Shown here piece by piece: positions 34,401 to 48,694 of a stretch of DNA of 64,000 nt. Under the pieces are notes generated by a model that did not search any database, was not told where the DNA came from, and worked only from the letters and a program-made list of their open reading frames with translations. This stretch comes from Takakia lepidozioides. Lineage: Eukaryota > Plantae > Bryophyta. Where the stretch lies: positions 28,272,001 through 28,336,000 of the forward strand of contig CM060731.1 in the NCBI GenBank assembly GCA_030704615.1. Direction: 5' to 3'. The position numbers and the translations under genes were made by a program. Each line of letters begins with the position of its first letter. Positions within the stretch are counted from its first letter, which is position 1.

Positions 34401-37400
34401 CCTGCATGAAGCAATCTGGTGAAATTATCTATTTTGCATAGTTTCTGTTGTTTGCTCGTGTAGTTCCATTGTCACCCTTAGGCTCCACCCCTCATGTGGA
34501 CAGAAGAAAACTTCTTTTCTTAAGAACCTCCTACGAACATAGGACCAGATTGATTTTAATGCTTTTGAACTGAGGTAGTCTACCCTCTTTAAGGACAACA
34601 AAGGTAAATCTGCGTTCTTCTCCCTTGAGTATCCCAGGACTGCTCTGGTTTAGTGGGGGGCGGGGTGGTCGAGGGTCGCGGCCCGCCCAACACCCTCAAC
34701 TGTTGTGTCAGGGTGGGGGGAACAGTCACCCAGGGCTAGCTGCTATCCTCTTAAAAATGGAAAGAAACCAAAAATAAAAAACATGCAAGGACCATAATAT
34801 TCCCGATTCCGCGTTCCTCCTCTGAGGGTAGACACGTAGAGACTAGAGACATAGGTGACTGGTTGTTTAAAGCTTCATTGAGGAAAGCCACCATGACAAG
34901 ATTCTAACATGTCCTTGCCAGGGTCAGGATACAAACCCAATCGAAGCTCTCTCTGACCCTGCCCTACCCTCGGGACCAGACTGAAATTTATACTCAGGGC
35001 ACCTTTGATCAATAAACAGATGCAGAGAGGAAAGGGAGATTGTCAATGTCCGATGTGCGGTGGCCTGAAGCAAATATCCATTTTGTCTGGCGTATTCTCA
35101 TTAGAGAGCAACCCTCTTCAGGACCATCAAGACCATAGTCCCTGCACCTCTGTTCACCAACTTTCAAAATCTTGTTTGAGCCTAAAGCCGTGACCCTGTT
35201 GTGGTGTAATTGCTGGGCAGCTCACATATAGCATGTTGATGCTTGTGTGAAGAGCTTTCTAGAAGAAATCTTGAAATCCTAAACAAATTGTTTATTTCAA
35301 GGTAAGTCCCAGTATTGGAGTGAGTACCTCATAAAGGTAGTGTCTGTCCCGCCCAAACTGGGCGCGGGGCCTATGGCCATAAGGCTACGGCAAACAATGT
35401 CTTATGAGTACATTCTCTCTCTCTGTGGCTGAGCCAAAAGCCCAGGCCCTCCTGAGGCCTAGTTTTTGGGCAAATCACACACAGCAGATTGATGCTTGTG
35501 TGAAGGGATTTCTAGAGGATATCTGGAAAACCCGGATTAATTCTATATATGGAGGTAAGTCTTACTACCAACGTCAGCCCCTGACAGAGGTAGGTTCTGT
35601 CCCAGCAAACCAAGATGTCCATGCTATGGGCATAGTGTGGATACATCAGAGATTTTCTGATGAATAGTGTGTAATGAGTAGTCTTCTGAAGGAGCAATTG
35701 GCTTTGAGAGGATCAAAGGCTTCTCAATTTGCTCCAAGACATGCCAAAAGCTGTGGCCTTGCTTGAGTCTGCACCCTGAGTAGTGCTGCAGGGAAGCTGT
35801 ACCAGTGATAAATTGTTGATGACATAAACCTCATGTGAAGGCCAGTCAAGCATTCTGTAGTGGCAGGCAGCCGTCCTCCCTCCTCCCTTTTCTGCTTGTG
35901 TCGAAAGGCTATGGCAAGCATAGATTTATGACAATCTCTCTCTCTCCCTCTCCCTCTCGCTTTGGGATCCAACATCTTGATTTGGGAATTTTGGGGTGGC
36001 AGCATACGAGGAGGTGGAGGAGGATACCGAGACTAATCCCCCACAGGGCCCAATCCCCAAGGTATGCATTCTGGATGATAAATCTGAGGCTACTTTTGAT
36101 CTGCATATTGTGAGCTGGACAACTCGAGTTTGAATTTGGCATGAAGATACAAACATGTAGCTCCTTCAATGCTAATATGCTTTTCCCCATAGTGGCACAT
36201 TGGACAGGGAAGGAGGAAGAGGAAAGGTGTTGAGTGGCCAAGCTCAGGTGTCGTCCAACCTAGTAACGAGGGAGGAGGGAGTAGTGGCCCAGAGGCTTTT
36301 CTGTGTCTTTCTGCCTGGACAATCCTCATATGGTGTTCACACAAAGAAGAATAACAGCCATACAGTATGATAGAAAAATCCAGGAGCAAGTAAAGAGGGA
36401 GCTCTTTCACAGCTATGGCCGCCTGTCTTTAGAAAGCAATGTCAGATTTCAATGGCAGCATTTCTTTCCTTGCTTGGGTGAATACCAGCTGCACGGCAGG
36501 CATTTTCTTTTAGTCTGAACACCATTTTAGGGGCATCATGCTTACCAAATCAAAGTGTTGTTTACAACTCTTTACGGTGATCCGTTGACCCTTACTGATT
36601 CTAGTGGGGTGCAAGACAGAAGTTTAGTAAGAGGTATCTATTGTTGCTTGACTAATGTGGTTGAAGAGATTACCCTCACGAGGTGAGTTACCCTAAGGTA
36701 GGCTCATCCCGTTATTTTGTCTTCGACTTTTCCCACCTTTGTGTCGAAATAACATGTCAGCATAGGCTTTTCTTCTTTCATGAAGACTTGACATTGTAAT
36801 TAAAACCTATTATGTTTGCGACAGGATTTCTTTACACTCTCGACTGGGAAGCGGAAACGCGAGGAGTTGGCATCTCCAGGTTATTTGTCAGGGAACTACA
36901 TACCTCAACAAGATGGGGCTGGGGAGTTGGACTTGACATTGTCTGCGTCGGTGACTGTCGCTCCCAATACTCAGGCAATACCCCAGAGTAGGGTTTCTCT
37001 TTTGTCTATCGGACACTGCCAAAAGATAGAGGTTGACCACACAGCTGTCATTGGTACATCCTCGTACCAAATCCAGGAACTTCCATATGAAAACTTGCAG
37101 CTTGGCAATAGTTTTGGCACTTTGAGTTGCGTATCCTAAGGTGTCATATGTTATTCTGGTTTAGTGTTCTGTTTGTAACACACACAAGTCCCTTTTACCA
37201 GGGAGTGTTGTAGGTTACCCATGCCATTTTTCAGTCGAGTATGCCAGAAACATACATGGATGTAGAACAGCTCCCTTGAGCTTTGACGGGTCTTTGCAAA
37301 TCCGTTTATAGGGGGTTCTACATTCTATTTGACACAGGCAAATGGCAACCAAATGAAGAGGAGAGATCCACAGAACGCCCATCTCTCCTACAAAGATGGA

Positions 37401-39595
37401 GCATGTTAGGCTGTGGACAGCGTCGCTGGATAGGTCTCTGACCCCTAATTATGGTGGTGTAAGTGAGCATGTAGACTTGGGCGGCTTGCGCTCTGACCCG
37501 GTTATTGGATGACTTGCAGACAACACATGTGAGCACCAAGTGGGTGCACCATGCATCAGGCATTCCTCAGCTCGATGGTAACAATGACAACTTCGATGAT
37601 GTAAGTTGCTGTACCCTCTAATTGTCCTTTCTGCTCTTCTTATTCCTTAAATGTGACATGTGGACAATTCCTTTACTAGTCATGCCACCTAGAACAAAGC
37701 TCATAATTTTTAGGTAGAAATCCTCTTTGTTTTTGTTTCCCAACGCGGAGCGCTGCTTTGCTTCCCCAAAAGCCTTTAGGAACCTGCATTTCCAAACCAT
37801 AACTGATTGACCTGTGCACTTAATGTGTTGACTAGGTTGCTGAAGAGGATTACAATGTGCCTGGGGAAGAAGGCAAGTGCTCCGTGTCCCCATTGTTTCA
37901 TTTGAAAAATCATAGTGCATGTTTTGCTAGGCAACATGAGATGACCTAATGCTTACAATAAGAAGAGCGTTCAATCCTCGGCAAGGATTAACTCGCCAAT
38001 GGTTGAAGCCTACTCTGCCTGAATAAGTGTCCAGATAGTTTGCTTTCGAAAGACGTGCACACCCTGTGCTGTTCAGAAGTTTAAGAGGATCAAGCTACTT
38101 AATATTTGAGGAAGTCTAGTCATACTCTTTGATGATCCCTGGAGAAAAGGTGAGATTAACTTTGCCTTCACAGACATCCCAGAACCAGCTGTGGAGGTAT
38201 TACCCAGTTTATGTGGTAGAAAGATCGGAGGCCTCACAAGGCCCTAGAAAGGGCTCACAGCCTTGTGATCTGACCTCTCATTTGCAGTATTGCAATTCTG
38301 AGAGTCAGCTCTCTCAATAGGGCGTTCTTCAAGTCTACAATTGACATACGAATATATGTGCATACTGCACATGGGGTTTCGATGGATGCAGCCTCCCTTG
38401 TGCATTTCACTGTGTGTTTGCGATAGTTAACAAGACGATGGCCATCATGAATTAAAACCATTATTTGTATGAAAACAGCACATCATTTTAAGGCAGTGTA
38501 ATTTTACTCTGCACTGGAAGAAGCTGAGCTCTAGAAGAGGAATCTAGAAAATTCATAACGTATGTACGACATTACCTACAAATCAATAAAAGGTTAGACA
38601 ATATCTTATCAACTCTAAAGTAAAGAAAATATTCTCTCTGACAAGGTTAGTCACATTGACAAGGGTTTCCTGTGGTTTACAGAGACCCAGCCAGCTAGTG
38701 ATGCTAAAGAAAAAGAGGAAATGGCGACAGACTTGGATGATGGGTCTGAGCCACCATTGAATGAAGCTGATGATGATGAGCCGGATGATTCCACCCAAGG
38801 GGGTGAGGAACTTCCAGTTGAAAATTTGGTTCTTGCTCAGTTTGAGAAGGTGCCTGAAACTAAACCCTGAAACCCTGTTGGTTTGCGAGCCCCATGTTTT
38901 TGCTCCAGCAGCACCATGCTTACTGGTCACATCTCATTTCCTTTTCTGATAGCAGTCAACATTGTCTCTCTGGTCTCGTCTTTGTCAAGTTCCCACAAGC
39001 TCTTTAATGTCATGGGTTTTCGCCTGTCATCTTGATAGGTGACTAGAACAAGGAACAAGTGGAAATGCATTCTCAAGGATGGTAGTATGCGCCTCAACAA
39101 GCGTGACTGTCTCTTTGTGAAGGTTGGTACCTCCTATAGTTTCACTTAAAGAGGAAAAGAAAAGATTCATGAGGAGCCTGACAGACTGGAACATGTATTT
39201 GTGGAGTCGTGTTAGGTGTGTCTAGTGTCTGTGTGCGGAGCAAGGATTCGAGAAGGAAGAGAAAGGAATATTATAATACCCATAAGAAGCCCAAAGGGCT
39301 TATTGGACGGGTCAGGAGAATCAGAAAAACCAACAGAAAGAAATGGTTGCTCTGATGGTAAATCTTATGCCCAGTTTGCATGGAGCTGAAACTGGAGAGA
39401 AATGTGCAGCCTATTTTTGAGGTCTGCCTGTTTCCATCTACTATAATTGCATGGGACAGGGACACAGAAAGGGGGGAAAACGAAATGAGAGCAAAGTTGG
39501 GGACTGTCACTTTGCATGCAGTCTTTGATACAAAGGGTGATAATGCCTTTTCCGTAACTCAACGGTTGCAGGCAATTGGAGAATTTGAGTTCTGA
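31499..39595 (+). CDS. TFIIA-L: Transcription initiation factor IIA large subunit. Exons: 31499/31535-31651, 32002-32220, 32588-32722, 33111-33165, 36003-36061, 36825-~36950, 37520-37600, 37836-37872, 38683-38849, 39039-39122, 39572-39595
   Basis: VYKHVMEDVTSNVRADFQSEDVDEGVLNELQG|LWTLKL; PVHDLNVPYEPTEEYETPTVEMLFPP|TP; GKRKR; IPQQDG; IPQLDG; LVLAQFEK|VTRTRNKWKCILKDGSMRLNKRDCLFVK|AIGEFEF*. Splice phases are consistent. Confidence 0.95.
33200..34140 (+). mobile_element. LINE family A 3' fragments in TFIIA intron 4
   Basis: Matches 17600-18680 with an internal deletion and ends ...atgtcttatgagtacattctc. Confidence 0.85.
34164..34794. mobile_element. MITE with long terminal inverted repeats and TA flanks (Tc1/mariner-Stowaway-like)
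   Basis: TA|TGGTCCTTG...CAAGGACCA|TA. 34164-34320 is the inverted copy of 34517-34794, whose right arm carries a ~120-bp insert. Confidence 0.75.
34960..35605 (+). mobile_element. Two tandem LINE-A 3' fragments
   Basis: An older copy ends at ~35420 in (TC)n and is followed immediately by a copy nearly identical to 18432-18610. Confidence 0.85.
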
Positions 39596-40859
39596 AGCGC
39601 TCCTCCTTATCTACAGTGGGTTGTTCTCTAGTTCCTAAAGTGCGCTACGGTGACATCAGAATCTAGTGATAGATTCGGCGGGCAAATTCCTGTTACAAAC
39701 TAGAAGAGCTAGTATGGCTTATGTGAGCCGAATCTGAGGGCTGTGGTGATCTTTTTGCTAATATGCGCAATAATAGAGGGACCCCAACCTCTTTGTATTG
39801 AAAGAACTTACTGCAAGTTCATTACTTGGCCAACACACTCATGCCTTGTAAGCAGGTGTCTGGTTACAACACTGCATGCATAACCAGCAGAGTACTAGCA
39901 AGTAGCATAAATATTGATCTGTAGGATGCGGGGTGTTGAAGTCAATAGTACCTTGCAATTACTCTGAGGTTGGGAATTTGCATAGAACGTTTTGCACCAT
40001 CGGACAAATATACTGTCAAGGATTCAAGGGATTCACTCTTGAAGTTAGAGAAACTCTGGGATGCAGTTTGAAGCATTCGGAACTTCAGTCTTGGGTGCCA
40101 CGGGCTAAACAAGGATTCAAGCATTGAATACCAGAAGGTTTCCAGGTGTATGAAGGAGAAATCAGGGAGACAGAAAAACTGTACTTTTCTTGCAGCAGGT
40201 TGGGTGGGTCCATGGAAAATGCACAATCACAAAGGGGGTACAGAGGTTGAGAAGAAATCCTTTGGAAGGGATATCCAACTGACTGCAGGAGCAACTGGCA
40301 GGAACTCCCACATTCAGCTTGTTATTCAGCAGCAACACAAGATGCATACTATCCTTGTCATCTCCTAGAGGACTGGCACCTGAAATGCATATGCATGTGT
40401 ACCATCTGTTCGATCTTTCAACATGATCCTGTGTTGTTCATGCACATCTTGGCATGATCTGGAGTGGCTTGCTTACTGGTCATTTCATTGTGGCCGGCAT
40501 TGCAGTTGCCGTGAATGCAAAGAATGGAATCTGTTGCAGCTTGCTTGCCTCAAGTCATGCAGAACCAAGTCTAGCACATGGGATCTGTATTTGCCTGGCT
40601 TCACATCACAATGACGAGAGAAGAGTAAATTATGACAACAGAATCTGGCTTTCCCTTGATCCATTTGAATTAAGTAGAGTCAGTATGCATAGGTTATCAG
40701 AGAAGAAGGTTGATATTGATTCAGTGTGCATTGGCTGCACTTGATTGAAAACCTTACCAGATTGCCTCTAGATCAGTCTTGGCAAATTGTTCTGTTTCAA
40801 AAGTAATGTGAAGGTCATATGTGAAAGTGATATGAGAGAATGAAATTGTACATTATGAT

Positions 40860-41017
40860 GTCACAGAAAGCTCGAAGAGCTTATCGGACAAGAAATGAAA
40901 TGAAATGGTGCTTTATGACGTCCACGGAAAGCTCGTAGAGCTTATGGGACAAAATGGAAGAAAACATGAGAGAGGAACAAATCCAGAAACCACAATTAAT
41001 GTTCTAGCGATTGTCTA
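40860..41017 (-). mobile_element. LINE-B 3' end
   Basis: Near-exact reverse complement of 24260-24385. Confidence 0.85.
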
Positions 41018-41132
41018 TCGGACAAGAGAAAGCCAGAAACAGGAAGGAGCGGGGCACTTCACAAGAGAAAGAGAGTGGCAGGGATGTGCACTGCGTCCCG
41101 TTTTGGTCGCCAGCTGTGGTAACTATACTATT

Positions 41133-41320
41133 CACTTGAGCAGGTAGCCCAGTGGTTGGGTGTTTGTGCCTTGCCTGTGCATAAACTCGATGATCCTGGG
41201 TTCAATCCTTCAATATGTGCCTTCAAACCGTCCATTGGGCCCTCGATGGCCTATGTGTTGAGCAGTAGGCTCTGTAAATTCACTGGACGTTAAAGAAACT
41301 TTATCTTTATCTTTATTCTT
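41133..41320 (+). mobile_element. tRNA-derived SINE family 1, second copy
   Basis: A box TAGCCCAGTGG, B box GGTTCAATCC and (TTTATC)n tail. Confidence 0.82.
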
Positions 41321-41644
41321 TGTTTACCTGCCACATGGAGGAGTTTAGTCGAAATAAGGACATGTGAGAGATGAAATCTATGCAGGCTTGCAGTCTACAG
41401 GAGGCCATACAAGAATGATGTAAAACAGGAATGTGCGCATGTCTAAACATCCTTGCTGTGAACTTGTTGAAGACTAACCAGCCTGGAGGTTGTCTCGATG
41501 GAGGTTAGTCCAGCTCCTTGAGGGCACAAGATTGCGGGGCCTAAATCACAAACATTGTTTCCTAGATTGACCAGATGTGGGCACGTAAGCAAAGAGGTTG
41601 GAATTGTGCACACGCTAACTTCACATTTGAAGAATTGCAGTGAC

Positions 41645-41812
41645 CACTGGTTGGTAGCTCAGTTGGGGAGTGCCACTCGGGTGAATCTGGGTTCCAATTC
41701 CGCTACCTTGTCGGGTGTGGTATAAAGTTCTCCCCGTTATTGGGTGGTGTCTTGTGTCTCACTGAGCATGCCGGGCCTTGCCCGTGCATAACCACAGTGA
41801 TCCTGGGTTCAG
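41645..41812 (+). mobile_element. Degenerate tRNA-like SINE head(s)
   Basis: GGTAGCTCAGTTGG...GGGTTCCAATTCC, followed by a SINE1-like head fragment. Confidence 0.5.
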
Positions 41813-42103
41813 CAAATATCAGACTGAACCACCAAAAATTTAGGGGGGGTCTTTGTATGTGAATTATGGGGTGGGGAAATTAATCCCAAAGTTGCTCTAC
41901 TCAGCCTAATGCTACTAATTGCCCACAGATACTACGTTGATTGCAGATCCAGGCTACGGTTGTATGCACCACGCCACACCAAAGATGACTGCTTAAAAAG
42001 TTTGTGATTCAAAAGAAATTTGCAAGTTGGACGGGACTTTTTTCTAGCCATCGCCAATTCAGGCATATGGGTGCCGGACCGATTCCTTCTCCAGACAACC
42101 AAG

Positions 42104-42232
42104 TTGTAGTCCATTGGTAATGGGCACATACCACCTTGGAAGTGGTTGTGGGTTCAATCCACCGATTGGTGTCACACAGGTGTCCACCTTCCTGCTGGAA
42201 GGTTGTAGCCCTCGAGGTCAAGTTACACTCCC
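42104..42232 (+). mobile_element. tRNA-derived SINE family 2, second copy
   Basis: Homologous to 29571-29712. Confidence 0.7.
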
Positions 42233-45200
42233 TAACGTGCCCCTCAAGTAGACAAGTAGAAATGAAATGAAGAAAGGCCAGCTCATGACTATGGCCCGCC
42301 TCCTTTATGTTAAGTGAACAAATAGTCGGCTATTATCCAGATTAACCTCTGGTTTTCAATGCCGGATATATGGGTTCATAACCTGCTTCTTTTGGCCACT
42401 AGTTCAAATAAAATTTAAACTTTTTTGAAAATAACCGGTTCTCAACCGGATCCGGTTATCCCATCTTTTCAGAGCTGGCCGTAACTCTTATCAGTGGCAG
42501 ATATTTGATTTTTTGACCTCTGGCAAATCCACATATATATATCCGAGTTGGGACCCGCCGGGGGTTTGAGGCTAAATCAAATATTCACGCAACACAACAC
42601 TGGTAGGCACATATCTGGAGATTTGGTTGTGCATCCTTGGTAGGGTCTCACAAACATTAAAGGCACATAATGGGGTGACGGCTGCTAAATTTTCTCAGTA
42701 CGAAATAGGATCAGTTTTAGGGCCACAATTGCTAAGTTTCTCCTTTCTGTTTCCACTCTTTCTTGTCTGACTCATGTTCTTGGTGGATATTAAGCAGCGA
42801 ATTCCTGTATCAGCCTCTATGGCACCCTTTCAGAGGATATTTTTTCCTATACGACACTTTGTCCACCTTTCTCTAAGTTTAAAAAAATGGGGTATATTGG
42901 AATGGGGTATAGTTTGCATCGCCCAAAACTGGGTTCATCAATGAAATTTGTGTTCAATTTGGTGCAATATAATATAATATATATATTTGGTGCATTTTTT
43001 AAGTATACTTGATGGTGGTGAAAAGTATCAATACCCGCATTGATATTCAGCTGATATCTAAAATGAACTCATAGTATTGATACCATATATTGTACATATC
43101 TAAGGGAAATACTTATACTAGTATACTCTTTGCAAATTTGTTATTTTGCAATACTTAGAATGATACCAGAGTTCAAAACAAAGCACCCCTCCAGAAAATT
43201 CTGATACCCGCACAACATTGGTATCAACCACCTTCTTTCTTCCATGCAACATCACAAAAAAATGTCAACCAGAACTAAGTCATGGGGATCGAACCCCCTA
43301 ATCTGCCCCTATGTATAGACAGTTCCCCCACCCCCAACCCCCCCCCAAGCAGTCATACACCCTCCACATCCCAACAACACAATAATGACCATCTCATGGC
43401 CCCCAAAAATGACAATCACTCAACCCAAGCAAAACAACCCAGTCCGCAATGCCCCTGCGACCATCCACCCCCAACCACAACATGACAACCAAAACAAAAT
43501 GCAACCCAGCAAAATGAAATCGGATCCTAAGGGGGGGAAGGGGGGGGGGGGGGGGGGGGGTGGTGGTGGTTGCATTTCCAAATATTCCAATACTACGTGC
43601 AAAAAAATAAAGGATACAATATATTCATGGCAAATAAAATTTAGAAAACAATTACAAATAAAAAGGGGTACCAATATATCATGGTTTTGGAATTTAAGTG
43701 AATATAGGGTCTGGAATATAGACTATTTTTTTTTAATTTACAACTACCAATAGGGTCTTGATAAAGATTTGGGATACGTGTCATCTAGTTATTGGTTTAT
43801 TAGGTGGGCTAGATTTGAATTTGGGGGCTTGAACTATTGACGACACTTGGTTCACAGGGGAGTTTGAGTTTAGGGTGGATGATATTTCGGCAGCCAGTAG
43901 ATCTTTTCGATAAGCCAACGACAACAGTAATGGTCCTCTTAAACTACTATGACTTTTGACAAAGTTCAGAATGCTTACAGCTTGAATGCTACTGATGCCA
44001 AGCTTTGGATGAGTTTGTTTCAACCAAGTAATGAACTATTTTTTACTGTAATGTTTTTTTTTAAACTGTATTGTTACTATAGTGTGCGTGAAATTTGCTA
44101 GCAGCAGTAAAATATAATTAACATAGCCTGTAAAATATTCCAGCATTTTATAAAATTATGTACGTATAGGGTGGATAAAGACCAAAATAAAATAATACCC
44201 CCATACAAATCACCTTTTTTTGCATGTGATATATAAAAGATATAGGGAGTAGCCCCCCCCCCCCACCCCATATCGGAACTCAACATAAAGTAGTCAAGTC
44301 TCATGACCGCCCATCAACAAAACTTGAAATCCCAATGTTCAACAAATTCAAGGCATAACCCACTCAGTGCTCACACACATGACACACTCCACATGCAACC
44401 CCTTGCCAAGCAACAAATGCCAAACCATGGTTATACGATCATAGGCAGATACAGACAAGCCCACAAAACGAAATGACTCATTCACAGGCAGAAGGCAACA
44501 AGCAAGAAAATAGCCAACATGCACCAAACTAAACAGGATAAACAAACTTGGGTGTACGAGGTTGTCCATGACAGGCCTAGGCACATGCCCATTAAACAAC
44601 TCTCTATCACTATAGAATGTACACTCCTTGCACTCCCATGTTTTCAGGGTAAATCATCTACCTCCTCACTCTCATCATGGTCAATATCCCAATCTATTTC
44701 CCCTACTAAATCTCTTTTATTATACACACCCATGCCACTTTCATCTTCCTAGTCTTGAGGCATCAAAATCTCCAAACCATAAGCAAATATGTGAAGAGGA
44801 CGAGTTCGCGCGGAGCAACATCACCTCGAACCAGGTTGGCTTTGTGATGCACAAGCACCGAGGAAGAGGCGAAATCACACTCACTACTCGAGACTGCTTG
44901 ATTCGAGCCATTGGCCACACCTCTTCCCTCAAAATAAATTGACTTCATCAGGAAACCCTTCTGGATCACCCTCTTTCCTCCTCTCTTTCCAACCTCAACT
45001 TATACCTGCAATGTGTCTCCTGAACAGAAATCGGAAGTTAGGAGCTTGAGGATACTTTGGCTAGCGCTGTGCAGAAGAAGACGAAGGTAAGCTCAACAAG
45101 TAATCTTCACTCAAGCAACGAAGAATCTTTGCCAGTTGACCCTTTGTGCAGTGTTGTTGCTCCAAAGCCCAAGTTGAAATGATATGCACAACTTTCATAT

Positions 45201-47460
45201 GCTACAGCAGAAGAGGTGGTGGCGCGAGTGCATCAAGGACCTTGCGCTTGGGAGCCATGAAACTTGCACCCAAACATATGAACCCAAAATCCCAAGCTTG
45301 AAAGCAATCAGGCAGAACTAAACCATTCAACACGACCGTCGGCTGATCATGTTACATGTGCTGTCTACAACAATGGCTGCCTGCAGTGTGAGCATCTAAA
45401 GTGCCTCTTATTATTGCTTCACACTAGACATTATGTAGGAGTCTAAAAGTCGTGCACGGAAAGACTTATTGGTACAGTCGTCTGGTGTTGTTGGAGGCTA
45501 GTCCGTTGTCAAATCCCCACCCCTTGTCATGTCCAACACGGCCCCTCCCACTCTCCCATTTGCAAGCTCCCCTCCTTCCCACTCCCCACCTTCTTGCTTG
45601 CCACCACTGCCCTCCCAACCTTTAGGCCCCTCCCACTTCCCTTTTCCAAGCTCCCATCCTCCCTGCTCCCCCACCTTCATTCTTGCCACCACCACCCTCC
45701 CCTCTCTTACACCCCTCCCATTCTCTTTTTCCAAGCAATTCCCACATCCGTAAATCCTTTCAATGTTATATTATGTTACGGAGGTGGGGAGCAAAAGTGG
45801 GGACCACTTCTACAATGCTAAAAAACCATCTTTTCTTCTTAATCCCTAACGACGAGTGACCCATCAAACGGGGTGCGTCTTTTTCCATCCACGGTGTATC
45901 TTCTGTGGATGAACTTGGATAAAAGTATGCCTTGAACGAAAAAAAATTCCCCACCTTGTCCTCTATGCGCTCCAACAAATGGTGTGTGAAAACAACAAAT
46001 ACCATATATATACTATTGCTATCAAACTACTTATCCGGTTTACTGCAGGGAAGTGCTACTGTTCACTTGATATGGCAAGGATCCACAACCATTTTGTGTG
46101 TTCACTCCTCCCTGCTTTTATAGTTTGGGTTATGTGTTTTTGTTGTTAGGCATGAATGTTGCTATTGTGATGTGCCTTGTATCTAGACTGACCGTGGAGA
46201 ATGGCGTCACCATTGTACATGGTCATATTTATCTTCTTAGCATGATTCTAGGGCAAGAATGCCAATGGACTTTGCAATCTTAGGACCCTTGGAAGCTTGG
46301 AGATCACTGGCAGCTACCACCGACTTGTGTGTCGTGGAGCTCTCTAGTGATGTTAGAGTTGTGATGAGTCGTAGAACTTGTATAAATCCTACCACCGCCT
46401 ATTTGAGTGTGTGTAGAAAGAGGGGTTAATATCCTGTGAGCATGTCAAAAAACAAGCGTGAGCACGATCCACGGTTATAGGGGTAATAGGAATGATAGAC
46501 ATGGGGTACTGCTACATTAATAATGTCAATAACATGGAGTATGAGTGTATTTTAGCAAAACTCTATGTAAAACATAAATATTTAATAGCAAAACACTACT
46601 TTTAATATTATGATATTATAAACAGCAGTATTTTGCTATCGAAACTACTTCAAAAAATTTGCTCACACTAGCACAATGAGTTTCATAGGTAAAACAACGC
46701 CAAAAAAACAAAATCAAAAAGATAGTTTTGCGTGAGCACAAATTTAAACGTTAGGAGTACGCATTTTATGTCAATACGTTCAAACTAATCGTGTCATGAA
46801 GCGTTGAGCGCAAGAATGAAACTAGGGATGTTGTACACTTGTTTTTTCTCCTTATGTAACTCCCCCTCAAGCCATAGTTATTAGCTCAATGTGCGCGCAT
46901 GTTAACTTTCCATTGGGTCCTTAACCCAAATGAAAGCTTCAGCAAAACGTTGGGGCGTAACGGTCCCTTTTAAGCCCCCCCCCCAATAGAGCATTTGACT
47001 ATTGAGGCAACATAAATGGTGGGACTTCCCTATGGTTATAGGCGGTTCGGAACAACTCCCAACACTTCATTTCTAACTCGCGCTTGATCACTTATTGGGC
47101 TTCCACCACTATCGGGTTTAGAGAGAGGTTGGGTAGCTTCTGAGCATACTCATGGGAGCAAACTATAATATTTTTTAGATTTTTTAGATATCTTAAGAAT
47201 ATGCTATGGTCCAAGCTACTTTTAGCTTTATAGTACTTGTAGGTCACCCAATAAGTTGCCTCAAGTAAAGTCCAAGCTACTTTTAGCATTAAGGTAGTTG
47301 TAGATCCAAATAGCGAATGCGTAGTTCTTGCCTTAAGTCAAGTGCACGCTACTTTTAGTTTTAAAGTAGTTGGAAACCCAAATACGTAGTCTCAACGTTA
47401 AGGTCCAAATACTTTCATTGTTAATGTAGTTATAGACCCAAGTTAGTGTGTGGTTCCAAC

Positions 47461-48322
47461 CAGTGTTGGACTAGTATTACGAAAATATGATACCAGACTG
47501 GTCCTGGTATCACAAGGGCCACATTTCCCAATATTGGTATGGTCCTGGTATTGGTGTAAGGGGGCTGGGTAGGGTATAGGAGGGGTATCAATAGCGTAAA
47601 ATTGTGGATATCCACCAGTAGGGTATCAATATTTGTTTTTTTCCATCTCATACGGGGGAATATGAATATTAATATATTCAATAAAATATTCAATAACCTG
47701 AGAAAAAGAATTGACCTTCATAATGGATCACAATTAGAGCACAATGTACATACAAAAATACATTGCTCATACACATTGCACATGCAAAAATACACCATAC
47801 CATACCTGTACTTTTGCACATTGCACATTGAGTATACAGCAGATGCCATAAATGCCCTTGAATTCCCTTGCCCTAACTCACCTAATGTGCCTTTTAAGGC
47901 TCACATACATACTGGTATCAATACCAGATGGGTATCGTATATACCATAATATGGAGCAAGGTATGTATTGCCCCTAGTATGGTATTGTCCGGGTATTGGC
48001 CACCCTACCTACCAAGCCGGGTATGGTATTACCTACTTGGATTGATATTGTTTTTGTTTTTATTTATTTATTTAAATTTAGGAGAGGGAAACACCTTGGA
48101 GTGACAACTCACAAATCAGGCCCCTTAATAGTGAGAGGAGAAAATAATCTCTTTCACAGTAACCCGCCATGAGGCATAGGAATGGAACAAGGTATGTATT
48201 GCCCCTAGTATGGTATTGTCCGGGTATTGGCCACCCTACCTACCAGCCGGGTATGGCTCTACCTACGCGGATTGATATCAGTATTGATACCCAGGTTGGA
48301 CCTATATACCGGTCCAACACAA
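47461..48322. mobile_element. hAT-type MITE
   Basis: Termini CAGTGTTGGAC...GTCCAACACAA; 8-bp TSD GTTCCAAC/GTTCTAAC; internal ~95-bp direct repeat (47950-48045 / 48181-48277). Confidence 0.78.
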
Positions 48323-48694
48323 GTTCTAACTACTAAAGGTGCAAGCTACTTTTAGGGTTAAGAGACTTAAGAACAACAATTTAACTCATACTGATCACAT
48401 TCTTCAATGCTTGAAGTTTGTCGAAATGGAAACATGCAAGGCTTCATTATTTCAAAAACGTCATAATGGAACATTGTTGTACGCAAAATAATTGTTCTAA
48501 TGCACTGTTCAATTATTCTTTTCTCTTTACAGACAATGATTCTTATGGATTATAAGAATTACGATGGGATTGCGGCAAATAATTCATGCATGTGATCTTT
48601 CTTCTAGTTTCACTTCTTAGGGATGTTTTCTTTTGTCTTGTTGGATGTCCTTTGTGGTTCATACAAACTTCAGAGAATCCTCACATGACTATAC

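Noticed and set aside
25112-42232. tRNA genes at the A/B-box sites
   Set aside because: No full cloverleaf is evident, and the heads are followed by shared non-tRNA bodies (with microsatellite tails in family 1), so they were called SINEs.
42300-47450. Possible gene or transposon remnants, a poly-G run (43531-43570), lone CAACACTG ends and a degenerate CAAGCTACTTTTAG repeat
   Set aside because: No consistent reading frame, paired termini or TSDs could be established by eye.
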